Shown: positions 12,638 through 25,110 of the stretch, one piece after another
Layout of the letters: every line of letters starts with the position of its first letter
Position numbering within the stretch: position 1 is the first letter of the stretch
NCBI GenBank assembly: GCA_964247055.1
Contig: OZ176058.1
Span: 3,534,001-3,598,000, forward strand
Reading direction: 5' to 3'
Source: Paragordius varius
Taxonomy: Eukaryota; Animalia; Nematomorpha
Length of the DNA: 64,000 nucleotides
The notes under the pieces: model-generated
The model's database searches: none
Told to the model about the DNA's origin: nothing
The model's input: the letters and a program-made list of their open reading frames with translations, nothing else
Position numbers and translations under genes: made by a program

Positions 12638-15600
12638 CTATAATAAATTTATTTTTATTTTCTTTCATTATTCACACGACGTTAACACACGAATCATCTA
12701 AATATGCACAAGTGCCGGGACAACCTTTTATAACATGGTCCATGACCCGTTGGAATATTATTGGTGCTGTTGACAGTCCGAAAGACATCAGCGGTAAAAT
12801 TCCTTGTGAGTTGCAATTGTTAGAAGGTGTTGTTCTTTAGTTATGGGTATTTGTAGATAGGCATATTTCAGATCAATCTTACTGAAAACTTCTTCGCCAA
12901 TCTTACTTACTAAATCATCAAACGTTGGAATGATATGAGAATCCTCAGTCAGCCACTTGTTGATCGTAACTCTATCGCTACAAATTCTTACCTCTCCATT
13001 CGCTTTGAGCACATTGACGGTGGGCGTGCCCCATGTCAGAGGTGTAAGGTTGGGATCTATTGGCCCCAAAATGTCTAACTTTTGTAATCTTAGCAATTCG
13101 TTTTCAACTTTTGCTCTTAGGGGAAACGGTACTCGGCGACAAGGCCAAACTTTGGGTGATGCATTGGGTGCTATATGAATTGTAACTGGCTCAATAGCCT
13201 AATTCCTCTTTAAATAGATTAGGAAAATTTTCAATAATTTTATCAAGTTTAAGAAAATTAATTCTTACCTTAGGAATGTCAATGTTGAATCTTGTGATCT
13301 AATCTAAGCCACAAATGAGCGGTGCCTTTGACATTATTTCTTTCACACAACATTCTGCGTCCCCAAGTTTTGCCCATTGATTTTCCCAGTAGAAGTACTT
13401 TACTATCATTTGGCTTTTACTGGCGGTATGGGTCTAATATTTGGCCTGCCAACTTGTTTCCAGGTGTCAAAGCTGATAACACTGATGTCAGCTCCAGTGT
13501 CATAGATAATTTGTTCTGTGTTGTTTATCATTATTCTTATGGTCCACGGTGAGGTTGGCATTGCTTTTCTATGGATCTGGCGGTTGAACAAATTTTTGGC
13601 AGTGTTTTTTGATCTACACATTTTTGCGAAGTGGTGAGGTTTTCCACATTTATTGCAATTACGGTTCCAGGCAGGACATTTGAATGGTCTATGGCTACTC
13701 CACAACGATTGCATGTTATGGGTTTTGCTGCTGGCTGTCGTGAACGCATGGCCTTATTAATATTATTATTGGTGTTTTGTAATCGATTTAAGATATTATC
13801 CTTGTCATAACTGGTGTAGTCTCATTATGTTATGAAAGCCACCCTAGCAGCCTCGTGTGCTAATGCGAGATACACTATCGTTTCTAGAGGCACGGATTGT
13901 CCGTTGATTCGGCATCTTGAATGTATATCGATTTCCAATTGCGGTTGCCGTAAACCAATGACGAAAGCATCCCGAATACGTTCCTCAATCGAATCATTGA
14001 ATTTGGCCTCTTCGGCTGCGATCTTAACCCGTTCTAGAAATTGGGTGAACGATTCAGTGTTGCTCCGCACAAGTCGAAAAAATTCAAATCTGGTTTGAAA
14101 TTTTGATTTTGTGGTAAATAATTTTAGGCCTGTTGTCATTATCTCGCTCCATGACATCTTTTATTTTTTTGGGATACAGTCGTTGATTTATTTTTTGCAC
14201 AACCAATAGACCACCATGGGCAAGTAAGGTTGTTTTGAGAGCTTGTTCTGTTACAGGGATCTTTCGCCTCCATAACATTTATCATATAATCAACGTATTC
14301 CTCAAACTTAATATTATATTTCTCGATGCATAAGTTAGCGAGATTGGCAAATGGCGTTGTCATGTTCGTACGGATATCGGTAAGATCTTCACTAGCAGCT
14401 TAGTTTGGAATTCGAATTGCCACCAGATGTTAGATAGAACAAAGGTATAAAACGTAAAACTTAAAATGATATATATTCGTCTTATATACTCTTTTTAGGT
14501 TAACATAATTTGCATTATAACCATATGATTTCGTGGAACAAAGGATATAATTTACATAGTACAAAAAATATAAAAATACGACAATTCAAACAGAAAATAT
14601 AATATACAAACAAAATATATATTTAAAATTTGCATGTAATACAAAAAAAAGTCTTACAAATATTAAGCCGATATTAAAAATATGCTATTTATAGTCTTTT
14701 AGGCGCATTATAGATAAAAAATTTATAAAATTAAAAAAATTCTCAACTCAAACTTTTTGCCGCCATTTTTATTTAATTAATTTTATTAAATCACTAAATC
14801 TATATTATGGTAGAAAATGTAAATAATTAATTTTAAAAAGGTTTTAGGCTACAATCTTTATATATGTTATTCTAATATCAGCTACATCAATTGTGTTTTG
14901 GTGCTGCCCCAAGTTTAGATAGAAGTCACATAACTTTTAAAAATATAAGCTTTTTTATAATTGACAACAATGTTTGATACTTTAATCACTAATATAACTT
15001 TTAATATAGTATTTTGTTAACAAAATTAAGCTCTTAATACCCCAAGCAAGAGGTAAAGTAGGACAAGGTAAAAAGGTATGAACATTAACTATTAACATAT
15101 TAAAGAGATGTATATTAAATTGAAAAAAAAATATTTTTTGGAACCAAATAACAAGTGTATTGTTTTTAATATTATTGGATAAAAGACTTTTTGTTTGAGC
15201 ACTGAGAATATTAATAATTATATAATCACATTATGCACATTTTTATGTTGGCCTAATTCGCAATACAGCGGTTGATATAGGTAAAAACAGCAAATGGTTA
15301 AATTAACCAATATTTCCCTATCTAACATGATTATATTTTTTTTTCATTATGGAACAAAATGTTTATACCTTACGCTACAATATAACCAATCAGCTAACAA
15401 TAATATAAATCACCAATATAATTGTGACACTGTATTATATATATATAAATATATATTAGTTCGCTATGATTCAAATTCAATGATAAATAATGCTCAAATC
15501 CTTTTTTGGACGTCATTTATTGGGAAATATATAAATAAATTAAATAACAGTAAAAATCTTTCACCTATGATTAATTTAGTCAATTTATAGTTTCCTTAGC

Positions 15601-16987
15601 TAATTATATTTTAACGACATGCCTAACCATTTCGGTTATCAAGGGAGTTTTAGTTTATCTTTTAATTTAATTATAACATTAGACAAAGAATATTCGTAGT
15701 AATGGAAATTTGCTGAAATTAAATAATTGCAATATATGTTTGAATAATATTATTCTAACAAATACATTAAAATTAACAAATACATTAAAATTATAGGGAC
15801 AAAATTTAAAAATATAAAGACATTTTTTTTCAAAAGACAATCATATCAATCCTATTGAAATCATTTAAAACAATCTTAAAATATGTAGTTGATGTGTTAC
15901 AAAATACATCTCCATTCTATACTTTGTTGTTTAAAACGGGGAGTTATATTTAAAAATCAAGACTCAAAAAGTATGGTTGTGTATTAAAATTATTTGTCCT
16001 TCGTATAATTTCAATTTTACTGTATTTACTTGTTATTTTATTTTATTAAAGGAACTAAGGACTCTATCTACATATTTTATTTTGTAAAAATAAGCAAAAT
16101 TCAGCTAAAATTCTTGGTATTATTACATATTATAAATAAACACTAGTTATATTATAGAGAACTCCATCCATACATACGCATTTCGCAATATAATCAAGCG
16201 AAAATACCTGGAACAACGTGGATGTTTTCTAACAATTTTGATGTTTTTTTTTATAATTGATACATTAAAAAAGGCAGTATAAGTGAGAGCAAAACTGATG
16301 GAAAAATTATTGCTGATACCAGCTAATTTATTTACACAATGAAGGCAATGAAAACGATACTGAAATATATGTATATAAATAAATTGAAGGGGGGGGGGGC
16401 TTTTTATTACTTATTATATTATTAAATAAAAAATCCAATTTTTTTGTGTTAAATTATCACTTTTCCACAAAAATGGGTGGATTCCAGCTACAACGTTGTT
16501 GGCTGTGTTGAATTCCCCTAGAGGTATAATAGATATTTACAAAAAATTTAGCAATATATATCATTCAAACGTCAAATTCATTCTCGAACAATTCGTTTTC
16601 ACTCTTAAATAAATTATGTGTTTATAAATATTGAAAAAAATGCCTATATTTTTTATATTTTTTAAAAGTGTAATTTCGTTTAAAATTTACATATTACAAA
16701 CACTATGCCATAAAGAAATGCCCGAAAACACATATTTTTTTAGAGTGAATTAGACGTGTTTAGTGAGAAATTGCATTGTTTAAGGGTAAATTCGAATTGT
16801 TAAGGTTGATGTTTGAATATATTATACAGAGTTTAGTTAATTCGTAACGAAAAATTATTTTAACTAATTCTCCACCACTGATATATAAATTTTTTAATGT
16901 CATTTCTTTGAGATGGTAAACTTTTTTAAAACTGTTTTAAATTTTTTTGTAAGTATACAAATTTGTATTTTACTATAGAGCATAAAC

Positions 16988-17327
16988 CAGGAGTGGCTAA
17001 CATGCGGGCCGCATGCCTTCCTCCAAAATGTTTCAGCAGCCGCGAGAAATATGATTGCAAAATAAATGAAAAATTTTTAATAAAAAAAAGATTTGCCTTT
17101 TTAAAATGTATATTTATTTGTTAATAACTCTTTCCGTTTAACAATGAGCTATCATAAACTGTTTAAATATTTAGCATTTACAATGTGTTGATTAATTTAT
17201 TTACAGTCTTACGGAATTTTAACAATTTATTATTACCCATATATTATGCGATGAATGCTGCCCGTTGAAATTTTCTGGTTAAAACTGCGGCCCGAAAAAC
17301 CCTTTGTATTGGACAGACCTGCCCTTG
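16988..17327. mobile_element. Charlie/Buster-like hAT MITE, copy A only
   Basis: caggagtggctaacatgcgggccgcatg ... gcggcccgaaa..ttggacagacctgcccttg; flanks gcaTAaac / gcaTAgac (7/8 TSD match). Confidence 0.6.
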
Positions 17328-17563
17328 GCATAGACTAACGATAGGCTATATCAGTATTTTAAACGGCTAAAAGTGTAAATAATTAACATGTCTGTTGCCA
17401 CGTAGGAGATTTTTCATTTTTTATTACATAGTAAATTTAACATTGTATTTCTACTTGTAAAATCTAACTAATAGTAATGAAACATCTAATACAAGGCTAC
17501 TGATATGTATGTATATTATAAAATCCCTTAAAGTCATTTAAATTACAGATATGGTCAATAATA

Positions 17564-17565
<2 letters not shown>

Positions 17566-17629
<64 letters not shown>
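17566..17629. repeat. (TA)n microsatellite (others at ~1789, 20819, 22237, 27167, 33801, 48792)
   Basis: Direct reading. Confidence 0.95.
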
Positions 17630-17642
17630 CATAAAAAATAAG

Positions 17643-20600
17643 ATACAGGAATGAAATTTATTGGCGGAGCAACGGTCAACATTTATTGGAAAAATTGGAA
17701 TGATTGGAAAGAAGAGTCAAACTCAATACCAAAGTGTCAGATTCAACAATTTATTAAGGGCGACTGGGTAAACCTTGACCAAAGTTTTAATTGCACCTCA
17801 TCAGGAAACAAAACTGTTGATAAACTAACATATGTTTATGAACAAATGCACCTTCGAATTCATTTTATGGAAATGAACAAATCTTTGGTTATAGATACCA
17901 GAGGTTAGAATGTCCTTTAGAGTAGAATTAGTATACGTTTCTAATAATTAATTATTACCAGAGAGCATATTCAGCAAAGATGATTCATTTATGACTTATA
18001 GTTATTTATTAACTCTTTACAATTATTGCCCAATATAAATTCTCTCCGCTGTAAGTGTTATCTAGAAATATTTTATTATACTTACTCACACTGTAAAATT
18101 AGTATATGGAATCTAAAAACCTTTATTTTTTAATATAACTTATCACACATTTTAACTTTAAAGTAATTAATCATACGTAAATATACAGTATATATAAGGT
18201 GACCAGACGTCCCGCTTTAAAAATCGCTCATTTTGTAAGTTGATGCCGCCATATCTATTTTTTATGTTTCTGTGTTTCCATATGCTTTGTAATATCATGC
18301 TTGCCGCCATGTGCTAGGGTAAATTATCCCTCGCATATAAGACATTTAACAAATGATTCATTTTTCGTTTTTTTTGATAAAAGGAAAATCTTTCATTAAT
18401 TCGTCGTTGTTACAACCTCTTTTTGTGCTCATATTTATAAACTACTATTAATTAGTATAATAAATATTATATTACCTTAATTTTCTGGAATAAACGTGTA
18501 AGGTACCGATTTGTAGTATCAATTTGTCTTTAAAGCTACCGATTTGTGGTATTAATTTGGCTTTTTGATATGTTAGCAAGTAATAAAACTAAAATATTAG
18601 CATAAATATTATATTACCTTAATTTTCTGAAATAAACGTGTAAACTACCGATTTGTGGTATTAATTTGTCTTTTAATCTAAAGATTTGTGGTATTAACTT
18701 GGCCTTTTGATAATGATGACAGTCGTAGTAGGAAGCAAAGTGTATAATCATATGAATTTGAAAAAAATAAATATTTAATGATAAAAAATTTAAGCGGATA
18801 AAAAATTTATTTGTATTAAAAAAAATTTTTTTTATATAATCGTGAAAAAGCGGGACATTTTAAAAACGTAGCGGGACGCGGGACAAAGTGTGAAAAAGCG
18901 GGACGTCTGGTCACCTTATGTATGGAACATAATTTGTTTAAAAATGATTATTTTAACCATTTCTATCCTACGTATTTTTTTCTGTTGTCCATAATATAAG
19001 TTTTCATTCAATATATTTATTTAATAATGAGACTTCATAAAAAAGTGTCATTGTGCACCGTCTTGTTTTACAAATAATCGTTTCTGTTTGTATAAAACAT
19101 TTTTATATTCTGGCTATTCATTGAGCCTTGTTTTTCTGGATGCTTTATTATATTGCGATTAGGTAATGATATAAAATTATTTTCTAACCTTTTTTGACTT
19201 GGATTTTGACCTTTGTCCTGTGATAAAAAATGATTCTAGGAAATCATATTTTTATAAATATTTCAATGGCTGGCAAAAGAGCTAACCAACATTTCTACAA
19301 TATCCAAGCATTAACATCTATATTTTCCACAACCAGTGGTAATAAATCAGTAGCTGTTTGAATAGCGTTTCGTCTTTATTATTTTTTTCCAGAATATTAC
19401 ATTCACTTTACCCTTTGTTCGTGCACATGTAAATTTATTTAATAAGGTACAAACAACCTGTAAGGTACAAATTTTTTTATATTTATAATGTATGTGTGGT
19501 AAAAATAAATAAATATTACAATGAAAATGATCCCCCCCTCTCAGATTTGTCCCGCTTTTTCCTTCAAAAAATCTGGTCACCTTAAGTATATAGTGAAATC
19601 ATACGGCAACATAAAATTATAAAAAATCATACTTTTTTGCAAGCCTTTAGTTTTCTTATATAATATTTATTTACTATAAAATATATAATATCTTCAGCTA
19701 TTTATCTTTTTTTCATACTTAGCCAATTTATACAATGATAAATAGAAAAACAAGATTTAAAAAGTAGGATTGTCTTTTAGAAATAAATATTTGTTTTTAT
19801 ATTTTTACGTTTTGTCCGTATAATTTCAATCATAACTGTAATTTATAAGAATTATTATAATACATGGATTGCTCTAGTGTTTAACTACAATAAATTTTTA
19901 TAACCAACTGTTATGTAGTATCTAGTAATTTTAATGTAATTTTAACATATCAATATTTGAATAGGAAATTTAGAGTTGAAATCATGAAAAGAATTATTTA
20001 CACTTTAATTGTATTATTTGCCAATAATTATCTTGTTGACTAAATAAAGCTGATCCAGTCAGACCTGTTAATATTTATTTGAGCTTAAAATTGAATTTGT
20101 GCGGAGAAAATGTAATTATAAAGACAAATATTTTTTTCTTAAAAAGCAACAACACACTCTTAAAACCTGTTTTTTTAATATAATCCTTCTTCTAAACTGC
20201 TCAGTATAAAATATGGATGTAAATTGGTAACACAATCAATTAATATATTACGATATAATTTAACGTTTATGACCATTATTGCTTTTTTGGGTAGTTTTAT
20301 TCCCCAGAGTCATTTAAAATGAATATTTTAAAAAGTATTTATGGTATCAAGCATTTTTTAATTTTTAGGCGCAATATGCAAAAAATATTTTAACATCTAA
20401 AATCGTAAAAAAATTTGTTCATGAACCTTTTTTATAGTCATGTTTTTATATAATTTTTTTAGTCCCTAATGCAACACACAATATAATGTTTATTATGGTG
20501 TTTATAACTTGAAAAAATTTCAGGCTACATTTTATTAGCAAAAAATTGAATATATTTTGATTTTATTACTCATTTCAATCGTTTTTGGTAACGTCTTAAT

Positions 20601-22042
20601 TTTGTACTCTAGAACTCACAACTTTATAATATAAGCCTTTTAATCTAATGTGAAGAATGCTTGATAAATATTTAACTCCTTAACTCTATACCTTATTTAG
20701 ATAAGCTCTATAAAACTACCCCAAAATAAACTAGGGCAATAAAGTGAACAGGTAAAGAAATATTTGTCTTTAAATTTTTACGTTTTGTCCGTATATAACA
20801 GTAAAAAGATTATTCAATCTATATATATATATATATATATATATCTTAATTATGGAAAGGAATTAGCGCCTACAAAAATAGACAGAAACAATTAATAGTG
20901 TATTGGGATATCCCAAATTCCGACTATGTTAAATTCTCATTAACTGACGCATGCGGTTCAAATCACGAATTAAAAGATTATGAAAGTAGAAGTTGGGGAC
21001 GCAAAATATTTGATTGGTTTAATTGTTCAAGAAGACAATTAACACTTAAAACTGCCGAGGCAAATGATGATCAATATACATTTGAATATACTGGTATACT
21101 ATAATTTATTTCAATTAATTTTTATTTGAATTAATTAAAATTTATGAGTAAATCTTTAAGGTTATCTTACTAAAGTAATTGGGGAATTTCATGTTCCTTC
21201 TTTAAAAATTTTAATAATTTATAAATGTGCTAGAGCAATCGAATTATATATTATATATTTATATATAAATGCAGTATAAGTATCAGACTAAATAACTATT
21301 AATTTAACAAGTTATATTTTATGAAACAATATTAGTATAAAGAAAGGAAATATAATAAATTAATGTTCTAAGGCTTAGTTTTAGGATACACATATTTCTT
21401 GAACCTGTCGGTTATATGTATCGAAAGGAATGTAAATTAATTATTTTTGTAATTAACACTCAATGTGTGGATAGTTTATATACCAGAAAGATTTGAATAA
21501 CAAAAACATTTTTAATATCAGGCTATATACCTTTTTTAATATATTTCAAAAATATTAAATTGAAAATATTATTTAAATATTTTACTGCAAAACTTGATAT
21601 TAAATTCATTTTAAATTTGAATCGTGTTTATGCGTCCGAAATTCGGTATCTGGAGGTAGGTCACATAATTGTAAAAATTTTTTACAGGAGAAATATGTTT
21701 AATAATAGAAATTAATTAAAATACTACAAGATTGAGCACTGGCATACAAAATTTTCCCAGTATGGCCGGACTAAAAAGTGAAAATATCATAAGGTTTTAT
21801 CATTATAAATACGGGAAAACGGTAAAACACAAAATCATTTATATAAAAAGAACCACTTTTGTGTTAGAGACGATATAAATTAGTAATACACTTTTGATAT
21901 TGCATTTCTAATTAATCAAAGTATGTTAAGATATTGAATTTAATTTTTTTTAACAAATATTGTCATTTGTCCAGATACAACTAGTGAAACGACCGAAACA
22001 CCTCTAGAAATACCCAATCTGGACGATTTTTCCAGCAAATAA
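17643..22042 (+). CDS. Unrecognised gene, last three exons (17643 or 17649..17903, 20899..21093, 21975..22042); two Cys/Trp-patterned, possibly Fn3-like modules and a Thr/Ser/Glu tail
   Basis: All junctions are phase 1 with AG/GT ends and splice to an open frame: ..MKFIGGATVNIYWKNW..IDTR|VYWDIPNSDY..TFEYT|DTTSETTETPLEIPNLDDFSSK*. Open in both copies. 5' exons not identified. Confidence 0.7.
18195..18918 (-). mobile_element. Internal-deletion derivative of the hAT at 62355 (copy B 49388..50118)
   Basis: TIR taaggtgaccagacgtcccgcttt at both ends; contains the 5' ~750 bp of the 62355 element, including the BED finger VKCLICEG.FTLAHGGKHDITKHMETQKH, fused directly to a ~24-bp terminal repeat. Confidence 0.85.
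18919..19584 (-). mobile_element. Second decayed hAT of the TAAGGTGACC family (copy B 50119..50876)
   Basis: End atctggtcacctta at 19584; minus-strand remnants CTLQVVCTLLNKFTCARTK and MLGYCR..LALLPAIE align to the 62912 transposase. Copy B keeps an extra ~95 bp (50567-50661). Confidence 0.75.
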
Positions 22043-22237
22043 TTATGTCATACTTTTGGAGAATCATAATTGCAATTACATTACTTCATATATTTTTATC
22101 AAACGAACATTCGTTTTTCTTATTTAGCTGCTTATGCTTTATTAAAATTTTTAAATATTAGCATATTTTTTGAATTTCATTTTAATATTAAATTTGTAAT
22201 TTTATTATGTTTGGCAACATATTTTTTGCGACGATTT

Positions 22238-22300
<63 letters not shown>

Positions 22301-22464
22301 TAAAATCATTAATTCTGGGTGTTTAAATAAATTTGTTTATATGATTAAATAAATTAATATTCTGAACATATTCTCCTACGTTAATTAAAAAGCTTTTACA
22401 GGTCTTTTACTTTTGTCACGAATTCAGTATCTTGACAACACGATTAAAAGGAACAGGTGATCGA

Positions 22465-22792
22465 CAGTAAATGAATATATACGGACAAAACATAAAGACA
22501 AAATCAGGAGTAGATATAGTTAGTTTACTTAGTTCTGCTGATTTTAAATTATATAGAGAGGGCGTTTTCCGCCATAGACAATCTGACATACTAAAACACA
22601 GACACTTTTTTTACAGGAAAAAAACCATAATCAACACGTCCATTTTTTCCACATATACTAATATTACGAGTCTAAGTGATTTATCTGAGTATAGAATTCA
22701 CATTCTTTCTATTTCCCAAAAAGATGGGTTGTATTTGAATAGATTAAATATTCAATTTATACGTTTTATCCGTATAATTTCAATTTTACTAT
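22465..22792. mobile_element. Tc1/mariner-type MITE (CAGTAAAA..TATACGGACAAAA family; copy B ~53680..54007)
   Basis: Inverted arms; further arms near 5772, 6025, 15790-16022, 19770-19840, 20110, 20755, 28160-28203 and 28365. Confidence 0.6.
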
Positions 22793-23099
22793 AAAATAAA
22801 GAATATATTATATGCAGCTGAGTTAAATTTGGCTTTTTTTGGATAAAAAAAACTGCAAAAAAGATGCAAAAATTAAATTTATTCTTTAAAATAAAAGTTC
22901 ACAAAGCTATTACACAATGTTATTTATAATTAAACAAACATTATCATCCAAGAACATAAAATAAAATGTGTTTTCATTTAATAAGATAGTGAAAAATATT
23001 TGTGTCAAAAAATGTTAAGTTTCCCCGTTTTTGACGGTTTTTGCCCCCTGGAACAAAAAGTATAGAATATTTTAAGTTAATTTTTTTTATTTTGAAGAT

Positions 23100-23330
23100 A
23101 AATTGGTGATCTGTAATAAAATTTGTATTATAAGCATATTATTTGGTGACTTAGCGAAAAATATATACAAACGAGAAAATTTTGGATATGGCTAAATATG
23201 GAAAAAGTCCATATCTCGAAAACGACCTGGGTAAGTAAAATCTTCAAATCTGATCACAATTCCATAAGGAATCAGAAAATATTAATAAATTTGGATCCAG
23301 AAAATTTACCCCAAATTTTGTTGCACAGTG
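23100..23330. mobile_element. CACTG-type (CMC/Chapaev-like) transposon terminus
   Basis: Ends ...tatctcgaaaac...aaattttgttgCACAGTG|taa and truncates the Gypsy 5' flank; partner end not found. Confidence 0.4.
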
Positions 23331-25110
23331 TAATTAGTAATATTCTCATGCTCAAACAAGAAGTTATCCAAAAATAATAAAAACAATACACTTGTTTTTT
23401 ATTCCAAAAAATATTTTTTTTTCAATTTAACATACATCTCTTATTATGTTTATAATTAATATTCAATACCATTTAACCTTTTTGTCCTACTTTACCTTTT
23501 GGGGTACTTTTAAGAGATCAATGTTGTTAATAACTACGATATTGAAAGTTATATTATTATAAATTATATTATCAAACATTGTTGTCAATTGTAAAAAAGC
23601 TTCAATTTCTAAAAGTTTTGTGACTTCCAGAGTTTTAACTCGGGGCCGCTCCTAACCACGATTGAAACAAACAAATAAATATATAAGTTATGTAGACTCA
23701 AACCTTTTTAAAATTAATTATTTACATTTTTACCTTAATATACATTTATTTGCTTGTTGCATTAGCGATTGAAAAAAATTAATGGAATAAAAATGGCGGC
23801 AAAAAGTTTGAGATGAGAATTTTATTAATTTTATAATTTTTTTTATCTATACTGCGACTAATTCGGCTTAATATTTGTAAGACTTTTGTTGAGTATTACA
23901 TGCAAATTTTAAATAGATATTTTGTTTGGATATTATAATTTTCTTTGAATTGTCTTATTTTTATATTTTTTGTACTATGCAAATATGATATACTTTGTTA
24001 CACGAAATTTTATTGTTATAATGCAAATTATGTTAACCTAAAAAAAATAGTATATATAAAGCACAAAAACCCGAATAAATATCCTTTAAGTTTTACGTTT
24101 TATACCATTGTAACCTTCTAACATGGTGGCAATTCAAATTCCGAACTAATCTAGAGAAAGTGGAGGTCTTACCGATATCCGAACGAACATGACAACGCCA
24201 ATTGCCAATCTCGCTAACCTATGCATCAAGATATATATTGTTAATACCAAGTTTGAGGAATACGTTGATTATATAAAAAATGCTATGGAAGCGGAAGATA
24301 TTCCTGTAACAGAACACATTGCTTGCCTATGGTGGTCTATTGGTTGTGCGAAAAATAAATTAACGACTCTGTCCCAAAATAAAAGATGCATCATGGAGCG
24401 AGATACAGGCCTAAAAGTACTTAATTACACAAAATCAAAATTTCAAAGCAGATTTGAAATTTTTTGACTTGTGCGGAGCAACGCTGAATCTTTCACCCAA
24501 TTTTTAGAACGGGTTAAGATCGCAGCCAAAGAGGCCAAATTCAATGATTCGGTTGAACGTATTCGGGATGCTTCCGTCATTGGTTTACGGCAACCGCAAT
24601 TGGAAATTGTATACATTCAAGGTATCCCGATGCCGAGATCAACGGACAACCCGTGCCTCTAGAAACGATAGTGGATCTCGCACTAGCACACGAGGCTGCT
24701 AGGGTGGCCTTCATAACAATAATGAGAATACACCAATTATGACAATGATAGTTTCTTAGATCGATTACAAAACACCAATAATAATATTAATAAGGCCATG
24801 CGTTCACCACAGCCATAGACCATACAAATGTCCTGCCTGGAACCGTAATTGCAATAAATGTGGAAAACCTCACCACTTCGCAAAAATGTGTAGATCAAAA
24901 AACACTGCCAAAAATTTGTTCAACCGCCAGATCTATAGAAAAGCAATGCCAACCTCACCGTGGACCGTAAGAATAATGATAACACAGAACAAACGTTTAT
25001 CTATGACACTGGAGCTGACATCAGTATTATCAGCTTTGACACCTGGAAACAAGTTGGCAAGCCAATTATAAGACCCATACCGCCAGTAAAAGCCTAATGA
25101 TAGTATAGTA
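23331..25110 (+). mobile_element. Third Gypsy copy: 5' flank/LTR, PBS and gag-protease fragment
   Basis: Inverted homolog of 13420..15210; aacaTGGTGGCAATT at ~24121; ORFs 24189, 24471 and 24886 match gag. Confidence 0.9.

Larger units (their letters stand above)
11953..12695 (-). mobile_element. Penelope-like element relic: inverted pseudo-LTR pair plus 36-nt tail, inserted in Gypsy RT
   Basis: Arms 11989..12320 and 12375..12695 differ by 2 substitutions and an 11-bp indel, with a 54-bp spacer. Extra 36 nt (11953..11988) on one side only. Flanking duplication atctaaatat at 11943..11952 and 12696..12705; empty site in copy B near 44029. Each arm carries a hammerhead motif. Confidence 0.8.
9700..15210 (-). 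mobile_element. Decayed Ty3/Gypsy LTR retrotransposon (Mag/K02A2.6-like gag-pol), copy A
   Basis: Gag (13825-14363); two zinc knuckles CNRCG..H..C and CNKCGKPHHFAKMC; protease YDTGADIS (13406-13714); RT (TPLTWGTP, FSKIDLK.AYLQ, YLDD); RNase H (YSTIEKELKAIVF, ILTDHLPL); integrase (HSGH, HIDIAGP, SDNASYF, YHPKSNGMVER). Order is PR-RT-RH-IN. PBS-like TGGTGGCAATT follows ..AACA at 14428. The 14428..15210 flank is a candidate 5' LTR; no 3' LTR found. Confidence 0.95.

Noticed and set aside
12568-12840. Twin ORFs starting MVILYFKFFLL on opposite strands
   Set aside because: Artefact of the inverted repeat; PDDAIGRKFE is the hammerhead core read as codons.
10023-14098. Plus-strand ORFs over the Gypsy elements (10023, 12957, 13322, 13832 and copy B equivalents)
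   Set aside because: Antisense shadows of gag-pol coding sequence.
15294-15590. 98-aa ORF well conserved between copies
   Set aside because: Low-complexity I/N/Y/K composition, frameshifted near its start in copy B, and the surrounding non-coding DNA is similarly conserved.
22070-22794. ORFs 22070 and 22471
   Set aside because: Derived from (TA)n and a MITE; not preserved in copy B.
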